Notes: generated from the sequence alone by a model not told the origin. A DNA stretch of 64,000 nt from Raillietiella orientalis (GCA_036172245.1 JAYWIR010000043.1:1550001-1614000); one strand, 5' to 3'; positions 51,350-64,000 are shown, numbered from the stretch's first letter. Numbers and translations are program-made.

Positions 51350-51680
51350 CAAGAGCTCAACTTTGAGCCTAAGCAATGTCTCAAGATGACTCGTTTTAGC
51401 TACATGTGTACAGGACTGCTTTCGTCATCTGCCACAATGAATTTGCATGATTCCAAGGAAATCTCAAGCAATCTTTAAGGATGGAATTCTTCGCATGGAA
51501 CAGAGATGCACATCCTCCTCCGTGTTTGCTCGTGATGGACCCAATGCAAACGGAATAAAAGCACTCGATGCCGATCAAGAAAAAATTTCCTTCCATCGTC
51601 GTCTTCCGATTATAACCGAACGTTTCGTCTGCAGGTTGAATATGGGTTGCCAAGAGGCAATCAAGCGATGACCAAATCAT
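51350..51680 (-). mobile_element. Degenerate Merlin (IS1016/ISXO2-like) transposase fragment
   Basis: IQPADETFGYNRKTTMEGNFFLIGIE...ILKDC...NHANSL...YT..*NESS matches the motif order V.IDES.FG.RKYNRG...EG.WV.GGIE...I.SD.W...VNHS..F...HT..IES.W, with internal deletions. Confidence 0.55.
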
Positions 51681-53099
51681 TTATTTGGCATATTAAAATT
51701 CCGTTCTTCCTTAAAGTTGAAAACTCGTAATCAGGAAAAGGGTTAATGTTTCAGTTCCTTTCTGCTATAACGTGACATTGATAGGTATCACGGAGCAGGT
51801 AGGCAGCGTGCTGTATTCAGAGGCACAAAAGGTCAAGCTGATTGACGTCCCTCAGTTTCCTCACACAAGAGATATGATGAACTCGCGGAAAATGTCAGAT
51901 TTCGGTACTGTGATTTGTATTAGGAACATGAACATGAACCTTCAGACATCAGGAAGGGAAAAAAGAGGAGATTCTCAGTGGTCGTGGCATTTCCAGTCCC
52001 TGAAAATTGCTTTCCCACATCGGATGTCTTTTTCCTTCTAATGTGAGTGAAGAAATTCACAGTTTTCCATTTCTCTCCTGCATTTGGTCCTGTTACCAAG
52101 ATCAAGGCTGTTCTCTTCCTTCCCATGCTTTGGAATACTCCCACTCGTTCACATTAGAATGGAGACCAGAAATTGAGTCCAAGGGCTTCTATATTTGTTC
52201 ACTGCAGTCTCCTTAGCCAAACTGCAAGAAAAGTTACGAGGGGAAGGACCAGAAAAATCGAATTTGAGGTTCTGTGAAACCTTGTGAAACTAGAAGGTGA
52301 ATGAAACTCTGGGATTGCTAACGGCGGAACATTCCAGACGGTAATTTGTTAACTGGTTTTGTTTGGCAACAAGAATTAAATGCTGCAGATTGGGAGAAAA
52401 AAACCGGGATAGAACGAAGCGCCGGGAAACAAAGAAGGTTCCAGCTGCAGACTGCTCTGCAGCTCATTAGGGAAGGGTGAGATAGGAGGGAGGTTTCAGG
52501 TGAAGTACCAAGAGACACTGATGTCTGGAGCGGCATGCAATGCAGCCAGGATACCAGAGGAAAATCTATGCTTGCCAATGCTTCCGAGTCATGATTTCTA
52601 GAGGTTGGCGAAACGCAGTCTAAATAATTCTTCGCTGAGGGAGTGGCAGTGCTGTACTCGGGAGCAGAAACTAGACGCGTTAAATTGGTAAGGAAAACAA
52701 GTCTGGAGAATGTACGACCAGTTTGAACGCCGATCCCTGCATCTGCAGAAAAGTGCTCTGAAGGGAACTGCCAATATGATTCTGCGTGGTCGGAACACGC
52801 TCCACGTTGATCAGTCTGGAATACTGATACCTGCATACCACTGCTCAGAAGAAAAAGCTGTGGACTGGATCCCGCAGCCATTAACAGATAATGTCACCAT
52901 CTGCTGATGATGGCATGGAGATCTGTTAACAGCATTTAATGGGAAATTTTTATGAACCAGGATCCACCTCATATATTAATGAATTAAAATAGTTTTTGGG
53001 GGGGTTCTTTAACCCTGTGGTTTCAAATCAGAAGACCCTGCCCGAAAATCTCAGTGAAACAAGAAGAGCTTTCCGTTGACCTCTGGACCACTCAGAAAC

Positions 53100-53435
53100 T
53101 GCTGAGGATGTAAACAAACGATGAAGAAGTGGACTGCTTCATTCATCTCTACATTGTGGCCATGTTCTCCATCCAGTCTTCAGGACGAGGGTGTGGCTGT
53201 CGAGGGATTGCTCTTCACGGCTGCAGTACTTCCGGTGTATGTTGCGAAAGTTTGGGATGCTGGAACACACACCCTGTTCATCCGGAGATGCTTCTTTTGG
53301 TGGCTGGGCTTCTCGCCCTGGCGTCTCTACTCCCTTGAAGCACAAAAGAAGAAGCCCAGTCTTATTTCCTCTCCACTTATTCTCTTGGGTCTTCCAGAGC
53401 TGCCATTTGCTTTTCAAGAGCGTAGGACACGCCAA
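53100..53435 (-). mobile_element. Degenerate I-clade (I/Nimb/Loa-like) LINE C-terminal fragment
   Basis: KWQLWKTQENKWRGNK (~WQ..W....NKL..IK), then NFRNIH...SHTLV...PQC and a frameshifted EAVHFFIVC (~RLR.GH...H..L...P.C..C...TV.H.LI.C). Confidence 0.45.
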
Positions 53436-56400
53436 GTGCGATGATCCATCCCTCGACCTGGAGCACGAAGTCGATCCCAGATGGTGGTCAGCCGGAAGCC
53501 ACTAGCTCCCGATTTTTCCGGTTGACCATCCTAGTCTGGACTTTGAGTCTCCGTGTCTGGAGGTGATGAGGCTGGAGCGCCTGACGCAGCAATGGAGGGT
53601 GTGCAGGAGGAACTCTTCCCATATACCACATATCTCCAACGCATAGAAGATAACATCGCTACGTACAATGGAGACTCCGTCAGAGCTCAAGACCTTGTTC
53701 CGCTTCGAGGGTTGAACTTTGGGTTCACTGAAAGGGGAGATTGAAAAGGAGATGCTGGAGAGCAGCTTCGAATCAAGACGTTGCTGCCTCCGCTGTCCTT
53801 GAGGAATTTGCGTTCAACAAACCATTTGGTAAATTCCCGGATTCGTTCGTTCGGAAGTCAAATTCAGGACATGAAATGATTTACTTGCAATCGATGCATG
53901 ATTGATGACACGATCGTAAATGGTAATCGCCCCCGCAAAAAAAAAAAACAAAAAAAAACAGCAGGGTGCTCCATCGTGTTAGCACGAGTTTGAGAATTGT
54001 TTCCTGGTTCTTCCGGTGACTTCTCGGCAGCATTTCCATCGAGAAGAGGCGTATCATCCGACGATAGCTCCGCATCAAAGCAGTCGTCATCATTCCGTAA
54101 TCTTCTGTTGTCTGGAACGCGGCCGTGGTGTGACCGAAAGTGCGGCGGATGACCAGAAGAGGTCGATGGCTGGAGCTTGCTCCCGCCAGTCGGCATCGTC
54201 CAAAGACCACCTCTTAGCGGTCACGGACACCATCGTTTGCGAGGACCATCCACCGCTCGTTCAGACGCCCAGCTCTCAGAGGAAGGTACTTGTTCACCAG
54301 AAGCCGCTCATGCAGCTGACCATATTCATGATTCCGAAGGGGCTTCGCGTGCGGCGGCCCTGCAAAAAGTGAGCTTGCTCCTGAACTCTCGAGAAGGGCA
54401 TGAGTGCTTCCAACCGTTCGTTGGTGAGTGACCATCACCGCAAACGGTGCTGGACGGGCGAGTGAATCGATGGAAGGGAAACGGCGAGAGAAAAGCCGCA
54501 GAAAGATCGAAAGTCATGGAGCCATCAGAAAGGGTGAACGGCACAGAACCGATTCCCAAAATGGTCAACCACTTTTGAGACTTCGAGCGAACATTCCAAG
54601 CAGAATCGCTGCCTTGAAGTCAACGAAGGGTTTTTCATCGAATCTTTCATTTCCTCGGAAAAAGATTACCTCGCTTCGTTTGGTTTTCCAATTTTCCATT
54701 CCGATCGATCCACTTGCTTCCCGATCCGAATGGATGAGATTCTGGAAGAACTGAATCACAAAAGATTTGTTCACTCACCTTCACTTCTACTGAGAAAGTT
54801 GCTGCAGCGAACGGTGGCGGGGATGGTCGACGGCACGGGTGATTTCAAATCTGGTGCCCCTCTTGATAGTCCACGGCGTTGAACCACAGTAATCAGTTGC
54901 AATCAGTTCGTGGAACAGCCCTTCAAGGGTCAGCCCTTCAAGTGTGGACTTTTTAACAAAAACGCATTACGTCTAATGGCAACTGAAGAAGCATAGGAAA
55001 ATCGCGAAAGCACTTGCTGTGACTTACGTATGCGTTTGCAGCTCTCTTCAGCGAATTGCAGGAGCGGAGAGTTCGACGGACGCGCATGTGTTTCCGCAAA
55101 GCACGCAGTGCTCTTTTCCTCGGCCCCTAAGCAGGCAGCGGAAACCAGAAGAAAAATAAACTTCTCACTCGGTCTGTCAGAAAGTGTCTTCCGAACTCCT
55201 TGAATGCAGATGGTTGGCGCTGCGCTCGAGCCCGGACCGAAAATCGAATTCCCGGATCCATCGGAGGAAGAATCCCAGATATGAAAGAGAGCCCAGACAA
55301 GGATGCGCGTATGTGCTTCCGTGTTTGCGCCGTTAAAGGGCCTCTCACCACTCCAAACGATGAGGAATATTTCCGGAAAGTGCAAAGGGCATCTCTGAAG
55401 ACTGAAGGCCTCAGTTGCAAGACTGCAGTTTCTTGGAGTCGTGCACATGTGTATCCTAGCAAAATCCATTCAGAAAACAGAGGGCCGCCAGGGATGAATA
55501 GAATCAGTTGTGAAATACAACGTATTGGCAGAATTTCAAATGGAATGCGTTCTCAGTGTTTTCACTCCTGGCAGCTGTAGTGGTGAGGTCATTACGATTT
55601 CAACCAGGAGCTATGCAGTTTAGAAACTCCGCCGATATTCAATCTCCGCTCCATTCACCCTCTCTGGAAGGCAAAAAAAAAAGTGCAGTATGGATCCAAG
55701 TCACTTTGGATAGAATCCAAAGCATGCATCTTTCATTCGAAAGGTGCTTCATTTGCTTCAGGAAACTGCGATGGCAATCGTATGGAGCAAACTGAGAAAT
55801 ATAGCTGCCGACTCGAGCCACGAAGGAAAGAGGAATGAGAAGTGCGTCCCGAATAGCAATTTGCATACGCATACACACGTGGATGGAAAGAGAGTGACAT
55901 GGAAAGTTTCGAAATGGTTCCACCTAAGAGGAGGATTGCCCAAAACTGTGCGTGAGAAAATCTGCCGGGGTAACCATCAGACAAGCTGCATCAGGTGAGC
56001 GCAAGACATTTGCTTTATCCCAGCTGTTGGTGAACCCATCAAACGGGAATGCAAAATCTCACCGGGGATGGTGGGAACGTTAGCAAACGATTACAATATC
56101 ATGCTGCTGTTAAAAGTTGCATGTTTCTTCCAATTTTTCCGGTCTGCTTCTGCCTTTTTCTGGTAATAAACATTTCTTTCCCTCCAAGAAGTTTCTGCTT
56201 TGATGATGATTAGAAATAGCAGTACAGCATGGAGGAATTGCATTAAGAGTATTCCAAGAGATTAAGCTCTACTGGGAACAGGTTTCCCTTTATGTGATGC
56301 GAATTGCATTAGCAGCGAAATCCCGCACCAAGGTTTACGGAACATCCCTCGTTCTTAGAGCTGAGAAATTCATCCTTGCTCATCTGCATCATGACAAAGC

Positions 56401-57639
56401 TGCCAGTCAGCAGCAGGCTCCAGGAACGTTGAGGAATGGAATGTAGAGAGGAGAGGCATGCAAAAGGAGTAAATTCTACTATTTATCAGAGTTTCCGTCA
56501 GAGTAGCACCTTGGAAGCATTTTTCATTTGGCGGTAGCAACAGAAGTGACGATGGGTTTTCATTATGGTGGTTGTTATGGATGAGCTACTCGTCTCGCAG
56601 GTTTCCAAGGGGCAGAGAGTTTCACCTACCCATGGAAACGTGGAAAGACGCCCAACAAAAAATGAAATTACGTAATAAGTTGCAGTAACATTCGGAGTAT
56701 TCGACACCGACAATTTCAGAACGATCAAGACGGGATTCGAGAACAACGTCTTCGGATGTGGAAAGGCAATCTGTGAAATTCCGGTACCTGCCTGGTCTTC
56801 TTTCTTCGAAGACTCAACCTCGCCCGAGGGAAGGCCCCCAGTCGATATCAAAAACGTGCAACGGATCGATATCGAAAATGCATCCCAAAGAGGTTCTCAC
56901 AGAGAGACTTCTGCTTCTGGAAAAACAAAAAAAAATCCATGCTGAAACCTCAGAGAATGGTCATCTCTTTTTGTTCTGTCTGGATGCGGTCCTTCCTTCG
57001 CCGCCCGATTCTGGAAGCTTCGCTTCTGATTCGGGAAAGTGTTTATGTCCACAGGATAATGTGGTCCTCACTCAATCCAAGTTCTGTCCTCCGATTTCTA
57101 CATCTTCTCACCCCCATAGGATCTCACAGGAGTTCGATTCCGTGAACTGATCTCTAAAACGTATCCGATGACAGATCTCTGATACCAGTTCATGGGATGT
57201 TCCAGAGTGTTCCGGAAAGCGGAGGGAAGTCCCCAGGCGCAAAGGGGAGCTCTGCGGCAGTTGTCGCTCAGGTTGCAATCACATCTTTTGCACTTGCTGA
57301 GTTCTCGCGAGGAGTTTCATTCTTTGAGTTTGCATTTCGCAATTCTCTCTTCTCCATTCGAAGAATTACCTAGGAATTCCAGCCATCCTGCAGTTGTCCC
57401 CATTCCTTCTCATCCCGATCTCCTTGGTTTCCACTGATGGAAAGTTTCTCACATCGGACTTGATGAGCCGACCATCGCAGTTTCGACTTTTCTGGGTGAG
57501 AGCTATTTGCACCCCTAAGATCCATCTTGTCTTCTCACCTTTTTCCTCCTTTTGATTCAAAGTTCTCTGAGTTTCTTCCTTTCTGTCAGGTTCCTTCCAC
57601 TCCCTCCCCCCAATCTCTTCTCTCCGCTAAGCCACTTAA

Positions 57640-57920
57640 TCACCTGTAACACCAGTTATGCCTTGCCACCATCCATTCCGTACTCGGAGAGTGATGAAAA
57701 TGGTTGCTTTGTGCCCTACGAGAGATGACTTGCCCTTTTCATCTTCATCCCAGAAGCTACTGAAGACGGAATTCGCTGCGATTTTCTGACTTTTCCGATC
57801 TCTCCTTTCTTCCACTGACCTACTTAAAAATGATACATTTCCCATCAATAATCATGGAAACCCATTTAGCATCCATCATCTCTGCGGGATTGAAACCTGA
57901 CAAAAGCCTTAGTGTCACAC
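57640..57920 (-). mobile_element. Degenerate mariner (DD34D) transposase fragment
   Basis: MMDAKWV (~TMDEKWV) followed by KSQKIAANSVFSSFWD..KG...KATI (~KTQKSAGKVMASVFWD..G...G.TI). Confidence 0.55.
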
Positions 57921-58989
57921 ACCCTTACATCATTTGTCATATTGTTTGACGTCGGCAAATTTACTGCTATTCAACCGCGCTACAGCTCTTGGCTACCCGT
58001 GTTCAGAAATTCCTCAAGGAAACGACTGAAAATCGGATTCTGAGGTTGTTCCCCTTCTCCTGTGAGCATCCTTAAAAACCCCTTCATCCTCCTTGAACAG
58101 TCTCCATATTTCGCTTTTCGCATTTCCTGCACCTTCCCCTGCTTTCGTCTAACGCAACGCTTTTCAAAAGTTTTTTTTTTTTTTAGGGGGGGAGGGGGAC
58201 ACTTAGGTCCCGCGGAGGGCAGAACTCCCGTTAGCAAAAGAAACAAGCTCGCAATGAAAGGTCTTGAGGGAAGTTTGAACTGAAGACCACCCAGTGATTC
58301 CATGCACTGATTCTTTTCCTATAAAATGCTGCAACTGATTGCGGTGGAATGCTGAGCTGGGAATCTGGCAATGCAGTCGATCCTGGCTTCGAAAGATGAG
58401 AAAACAGGAAACCTGGAAACCAAGAAACGCGCGGCAGTACCCAAACTGACAATGCCATTTGGAAGTTAAAGAAAAAGAATGAGAAGGCTGCTATTCCTTT
58501 GGTTTCCTTCGTCTGGTATCGAGCTGGGAAACATGCAAGAGACAAGGAGTAGAAAGATGAGGAAGATGTTGATGGTGGGACTGCTGTGACGCATGATTCA
58601 GCATCGAATCGAATTTCCGTCCAACCTTTCCTTCTTTGCTTCCGCATGAATAGACAAGTGCAGGAGGAGTGCCTATAAACAGCTCTTGGAATTCGTGCAT
58701 CTAGACATTAAATCTAGGAATCTGACGATGGAACTCTGCGAAGGAAACCAGCCAGATGGGACGTCAGTCAGATGATGCACGAACAAAAGAAAAAAAATCG
58801 GGGACAGCAGATCTTGGATGGAATCGAACGAGGTTGATGAAGAGGATGACAGAGGACGTCCCAAGAAGTGAACACTTTTGGATTCCAAAACAAGCCCATT
58901 CCTAAAGCAGGAAGTTAGGAAGATTACAGAGAGAAATCTTCATATTTACTCTGCGTTCCTTTTTTACTTGCAGATAAAATTTGTTTCTT

Positions 58990-59300
58990 ATCATTTTGAC
59001 ATCTGATAGTCACCCATCTGGTGGCCAGCATAGGAAGCTACTTTCTGAAAGTGGACAAGGTATCTGGGACTTACTCCTCTCCTGTCGCTGGTTGACCCGG
59101 TATGGCAGCACCTCTAGTATCGCTCCACCACATTCCTCACGGAGCGATCACCACGCCATTGTAAGATGAGATTACATCCTGCTGCAACACGGGCACGTGA
59201 ACAAAAAGAAGAGAAGTAATTGCCATGCAGACAAATCTCGAAAAGGATGGGAGCCAAATCTGGAGACCTTCCTCTCCAACGAGTATGGGGGTCAACAAAG
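58990..59300 (+). mobile_element. Possible LINE APE-endonuclease C-terminal remnant
   Basis: GIWDLLLS...IAPPHSSRSDHHAIV resembles ILDL.L....V.PP...SDH..V. Confidence 0.4.
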
Positions 59301-60079
59301 GTCATCCAGATCCACTGCTTTTGAAAGTTTTACGCTTCTCACACGAAGAGCACCAAGAAAATATCCCGGTGAACGCCAGTGAAATCTCAAAATTCGTGAG
59401 GAAACGAAACAACGGCCTCATTAATAGGAAGGAGGATGATGCGAAAGGTATACAGGGTTTCCAGGTAACCGGATTCGTTTACTGGAATCTGGATCGGAAA
59501 GCGATCTGAGATTGGAAATTTTCCTTCGAGGAAGAATGCCTGAAGTAGCTTGCTTGTCTTCCAGAAACCCCTTCTGAAGGTATGCTTTTTATTTCCGGAA
59601 ACACAGCCCAACTACGAGTGACCTGCCAGTGAAGACAAAGAAACCTGACAGATGAGGTCTTGACCTCATTCGACGAAAATCCACTCCATCCACCTCGTGA
59701 ATCGGAGTACCCTTTCAACCCTTCGTCTCCCGGGAAGTTTCGGGCAAAACTATCCAGGAAACCCGCATGCTGCGGGCGACGTCACTCTCCCACAAGCAAA
59801 AGTCGGCAGAGTTCAAGGAGAGTCTTACTGATTCCGCATCTACCAGCAAGATGCTTTTTGTAGATTCTTCCCCTCATCAGCATCTAACGAAGAATTATGG
59901 AAACGAGTGCTTGTATAAATTAGCACTGGAAAGAACAGACAGTCGGAGGGACATAAATTATGGATGTGCTAATGAGCATGGGGAAAATACCCGGTAATCA
60001 ACTTCAGTAGAACCGAGGGACAATTCGAAGTGAAGCAGGAACACAGTTCTTTTGGAGTCGAAGTCAGAGTGATGCCTTT

Positions 60080-60600
60080 TCAATCCATTTTGTTTGTCTC
60101 CGTGCACCCCCGCGTAGAGAGCTCACATGGAGGACTGCAGCATGTTTCTATGCAACCTACGCAAATACATGTACAATCAGATTTTATGAAATAATCATGA
60201 AATGCAAACAAGTGCAGCTGGATGAATTGGATACTGAAGAGGGAGCAGTTGAGAGATTGACTGCAGACTACTGAAGGGTATTTGTACATGAAATGGGCAA
60301 TGATGAAAAAGATGGAGGATAGAAGACATAGTGGAAATGAGCTACAACTGAAGATAAGATGCGTCAGCTCCAGAGAAGATTGGCTGGGCATTTCCTTGTC
60401 CACAAGCACACGTATCAAGGCAATGCCATGCCCCAAGCTGGACAAATCGAGACACTTCCCGTTACCCCGGAGAGCACCTGGGATCCTCTGACTACCGCTG
60501 AACAGATGCCCACTGAAGCTTACTTACTGCGCGTGCGAGAGACGCTACAAGAAGCGATGCGAATCCTATGTGTGGCAGATATTCCTCATTGGAGGAGACA
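60080..60600 (+). mobile_element. Degenerate Academ-like transposon C-terminus (XPG/PIN-like tail and Cys-rich CXC finger)
   Basis: HFLVHKHTYQG...LPVTPESTW..LTTAEQMP followed by a frameshifted KLTYCACERRYKKRCES resembles L..H..R..YQ...P...GW...T....P...L..C.C...C..RC.C. Confidence 0.45.
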
Positions 60601-61199
60601 CCAACGCACATTCTCAGCCGTGAGAAAAATTCCACCTTCTTGACCGCCCGATTATCTTGTCAAGTAGCTCAAAGAGACGTCTCAGAGAAGGTGGGAGCTG
60701 GTAGTCTCGAACCAACCAGTCCCTGGAGGCGGCGATGCCAGGCTCCGGACAGACCTGATTCTACGAGAGATTGTAGACCTGATTCTGCTGAACGAGGGAC
60801 GTGTCAATATACTCGACGTCGCCTGATCGGCTGAGAGCGCTGCATTTGGATAGACGTATGACAAAAAAGGGAGACGAGACGCTGGAAAGTGTCTTCTGGA
60901 GAACGAAGTGGTATTCAGAAAATCCTGGGACTCCCCTGGGAGACAGGGGGAAAATCTGTAGCGGAAGCTGGAGATGCAGTGCAGCACAGCTGGGGCACGT
61001 GCTAGGCGCGGACATTCTAATCCACGAAGCAGGATGAACAAAGGAGCCACAAAGGAGGACCCGCGGTCATCCAGTTGAAAGAACCACGAGTGTGCTTCTT
61101 CCAGCTGGAGGAAAATCGTGATGCGTTAACCAGGGCACCACCAGCAGCTCTCTTCCCAACATGAGAAAAGGGTTTCCTCGATCTCCAATAATGCGCCTA

Positions 61200-61394
61200 A
61201 TCAACTGAGGATTTTAAATTCAGTGCCGGAATGCCAATGGTAGCAATGGCTGTAGAGAAACAGGCTCGTGTATCCACCTCTAGACCTACAGTGGATACGT
61301 GGCGGTCTGGAACTGTCGATTCTCCTATGCCAGTGGCAACTGAGACGCAGTTTTTCCCGAGGTTTACCATTGAGAGAATACGTTTCAGTATCAT
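61200..61394 (-). mobile_element. Tigger/Jerky-type CENP-B/psq HTH fragment
   Basis: LKRILSMVNLGKNCVSVATGIGESTVPD resembles K..IL.....G.....VA...GIG.STV.D. Confidence 0.45.
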
Positions 61395-61539
61395 GTTATC
61401 TGAAAGTGCAACGATAAGTTGCTGATTGCATCGGTCAGATGTGACCTCCCTGACGTTTCACGGAAACTCCTGCATGCATACTTCTTCGTGTGTGTATCCG
61501 CAGAGCACAGTGGCATCTTTCAATCCACTCCCCCGTTAC

Positions 61540-61862
61540 GGGATATGATTGATCGGGTGCCGATTCATCCAGCAGTCGCTGTTTCCCGGGAATCGAAAAA
61601 CGTTATCTTGGAACGACTTATACTGCACCGCTGTCGCCACCCGCTCCCTCGGAACAGATCCCAAGCAAACGAGATAACACGGCCAGGAGGGGTGGTCATC
61701 CAAAGCGAGCTTCTCATCTGTGAGCTCGGAAAGAAACTGTTCGCAGCTCGCATTCGATGCGATCCGAGGACGCGGAAAGACGACGGGGGTTTCATCTCCA
61801 AGGTGACTGAGGTGATGAATGCACTCGCCTGCTCCATAAAGAATAAAGGCACAGCTAGTCAC
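61540..61862 (-). mobile_element. Degenerate pogo-family DDE_1 transposase fragment
   Basis: HLGDETPVVF (~N.DETP..F), DEKL (~G.KL), GNSDCWMN (~N.KGWMN). Confidence 0.45.
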
Positions 61863-64000
61863 AAATGGTGCTCATGGCATTATGCTGTAAAATTGAAATA
61901 AAACGGAAAATTCGCAGGAGTCACGGATCTGCAAACCAATTTCGTATGCTCGGGCAGAGACGATAAAAGTGCGGAATTGGCTACAGGAAGCGCGCAGTAT
62001 TGCCCTTGTACCACTGGGTTCTCCGGCATCCGAGTTGAGGATGCAGGAATTTGCTCCTCCTTGCCATAATAGACTGCCATCTGTTCATCTTGTAGCGAGT
62101 GCTATTCGTTTGATTGTAATCCCCGTTTCCTTTGACGAATCTTTTGTTCTTGATACTAATTTCTCTCTCGGTAACTCACTCTTGGATATCTGTGGTCATT
62201 GAAATCTTCCTGATGGCTGCTCTGGCTTCAATTTTCGTTACTTCTTCTGAACTGTCAAAAAAGTGCTCCAAAAATTCATTCCGCTTTGTCTCCTTCCTCG
62301 CCTCTGCTCATCAAAGCAAGCAAAGAAAATTCTGAGGAAAATTTTCCACCAGCTGCAGAGGAAAGCAAACGAAGTGAAAACAGGAAGTTTGGATTCAAAA
62401 ACGTCGTCGCTTAGAAGGATTAGTCTGTTCCCGCACTTTTCTATCTGCGGTAACCCTGATTAGAAGACTCCAGAGCCTGCCTTACCAGAACAAGCAGCTC
62501 CAAATTAGCCGTTTCGAAAAACGCCCCGATCTAAGGCATGCGTACTTTCCATCCTGACACGAAATGCAAACTCACACTGAGAGCATTTAAATAGTATTTG
62601 ATAATTCAATTTAGTAATTGACGGGTGTAAATGGATGTTGAAACGACTCGCATGGGCTGGAGCATTTTCATTCAGAAAGCCTTCTGTCGCAAGATGAATG
62701 AATCTTTGTTGTCCCGGAAACAGTCCTGAGAGCACGAGCTCGGCCCGGCTCTTCCTCAATGCACTGCTCGCAATCACCACGGAGACGCCTTGATCAAGGC
62801 GTTTTTCCCGGTTAATTAATTAGAAAGAAAGTCGGAAAGAGGGTTTTAAAATGCGGGAGCGTGGTGGGAGAAGAAAAATTGTTCATCTGGGAAATCACCG
62901 TCATCCGACAAAAGGAAATGCGCCCAAATGCGTCAGTAAGGAAATCAGGAAAACATTTTCCCCGGCCGAACTTTTGCGAATGCTGGGGCAGATCTGCAGC
63001 CTCTGCTCCTGTCTCGTAGGGAGCGACCGCTGTGCTGCGCTGAGGCAATGATTATCAGCCAGTACATTGGGCAGGAGGCTGGCTCAAGAGATTTCCTAGA
63101 TGGCTGAGAATGACGGAACACATTTCGAATGATCTTAGCCAATTGGCTGATTCTGTAGTGATTTGATGCAAGCGCGTCACGGAAGGAGAGCCCAGGTGAT
63201 TATTCGGTGGCAACGGCTACTTCAGTTTGCTGGCTCTCTTAATTAATGAAGCGTCAAGGGAGGTCAGCTTGGCATACGTACCAAGGACATGCAGTTGAGC
63301 TGCAATCTCATTCCCTCGGCTAAGCAAGCACGGCTTTCCCAGGCTGCCTTCCTACCCAGGTCAGGTCAACTCACGAGTCTTACTTTGACTACTCGGAATG
63401 CAACGGAATGTGTGGCTCAAGTGCTACAGCCCGACAGCCCAACTAGAAGGAGCGTGCCTCTGCATCTTTCATGGAGCCATCCGAGTGGAATAACGAAACC
63501 CCCGCGCACCCTTTTCTTCAGAGCACCCTCGTCATGGTTTGACGCCCTGTGGTGTAGCAGAGGTCATTCATTCTATTCTTTGACCGGACTCTTCTTTGCT
63601 TCCAATCAAACTGATACCCTTCCCAGAAGCGTTAGCTGTTCCCAAATAGGTTTTCATTCTAATGTTTGTCTTGGAATTTTATTTTACGAGATGCGGTGTT
63701 TCATTCCTGATGGTAGAGGTTTGTTATGAAACGATATGCCTTGAACTTCAGAAATGTTTCTCTCTCACCAGTGGTCAAAACTGTCTTTTAAAGCGTCATC
63801 TTGGTTTCTAGGAAGTTTCATACTCCTTACCCGACCATTTCTACTAGCTATCAGTACAGTGTTTGCGTGTGTTTTATATGATGAAGTATGCTAAATGTCG
63901 CCGCCTTAGGTACCCCGGCATCAGTTGACACAAAATCAGGTTCTTACCTTTTTACCACCGACAAAGTCATTTCCTCTTCTCCTGGTCCCTCGAGATCTCT

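Noticed and set aside
53560..53744. GDEAGAPDAAME as the Dpr terminal exon
   Set aside because: Poor acceptor and no hydrophobic tail; the exon at 44447 with PAAMQ fits much better.
55720..56450. RT-like WSKLRN...SKWFHLRGGLP and hAT-like LPVSSRLQER
   Set aside because: Plausible TE debris with insufficient motif support for separate calls.
58685..58730. Kinase-like catalytic loop FVHLDIKSRN
   Set aside because: No DFG or other subdomains before a stop, and no exon signals; the surrounding sequence looks like an RTE-type LINE tail.
1..64000. CRISPR array, Dscam-like tandem alternative Ig exons, or prokaryotic operon
   Set aside because: No regularly spaced direct repeats, no duplicate Ig exons seen in the Dpr introns, and no dense long-ORF organisation.

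Overview
Eukaryotic, arthropod-like genomic DNA; no prokaryotic operons, rRNA or CRISPR arrays were seen. The only well-supported protein-coding gene is a six-exon, plus-strand Dpr-family (defective proboscis extension response / Zig-8-like) immunoglobulin-superfamily gene. It was rebuilt by hand from GT-AG junctions with matching phases: 13316-13361, 16722-16879, 34905-35115, 42836-42963, 44219-44387, 44447-44547. That gives 813 nt and 270 aa: a signal peptide, two Ig domains and a probable GPI-anchor tail. It sits downstream of a GC/CpG-rich, GA-rich promoter-like block. The rest of the window is intron and intergenic DNA carrying many short, heavily decayed transposon fossils recognised by eye from motif remnants. 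These include hAT, Helitron, L1/Tx1, CR1/Jockey, RTE, I-clade, pogo/Tigger, mariner, Merlin, Academ and a tRNA-derived SINE head. None is intact, and all need profile-HMM confirmation. The most interesting candidate is a 59-nt weak-donor intron whose retention stops translation right after Ig2, predicting a secreted Dpr isoform. I found no convincing evidence of a wholly new biological system, and most ORFs in the supplied track look spurious.
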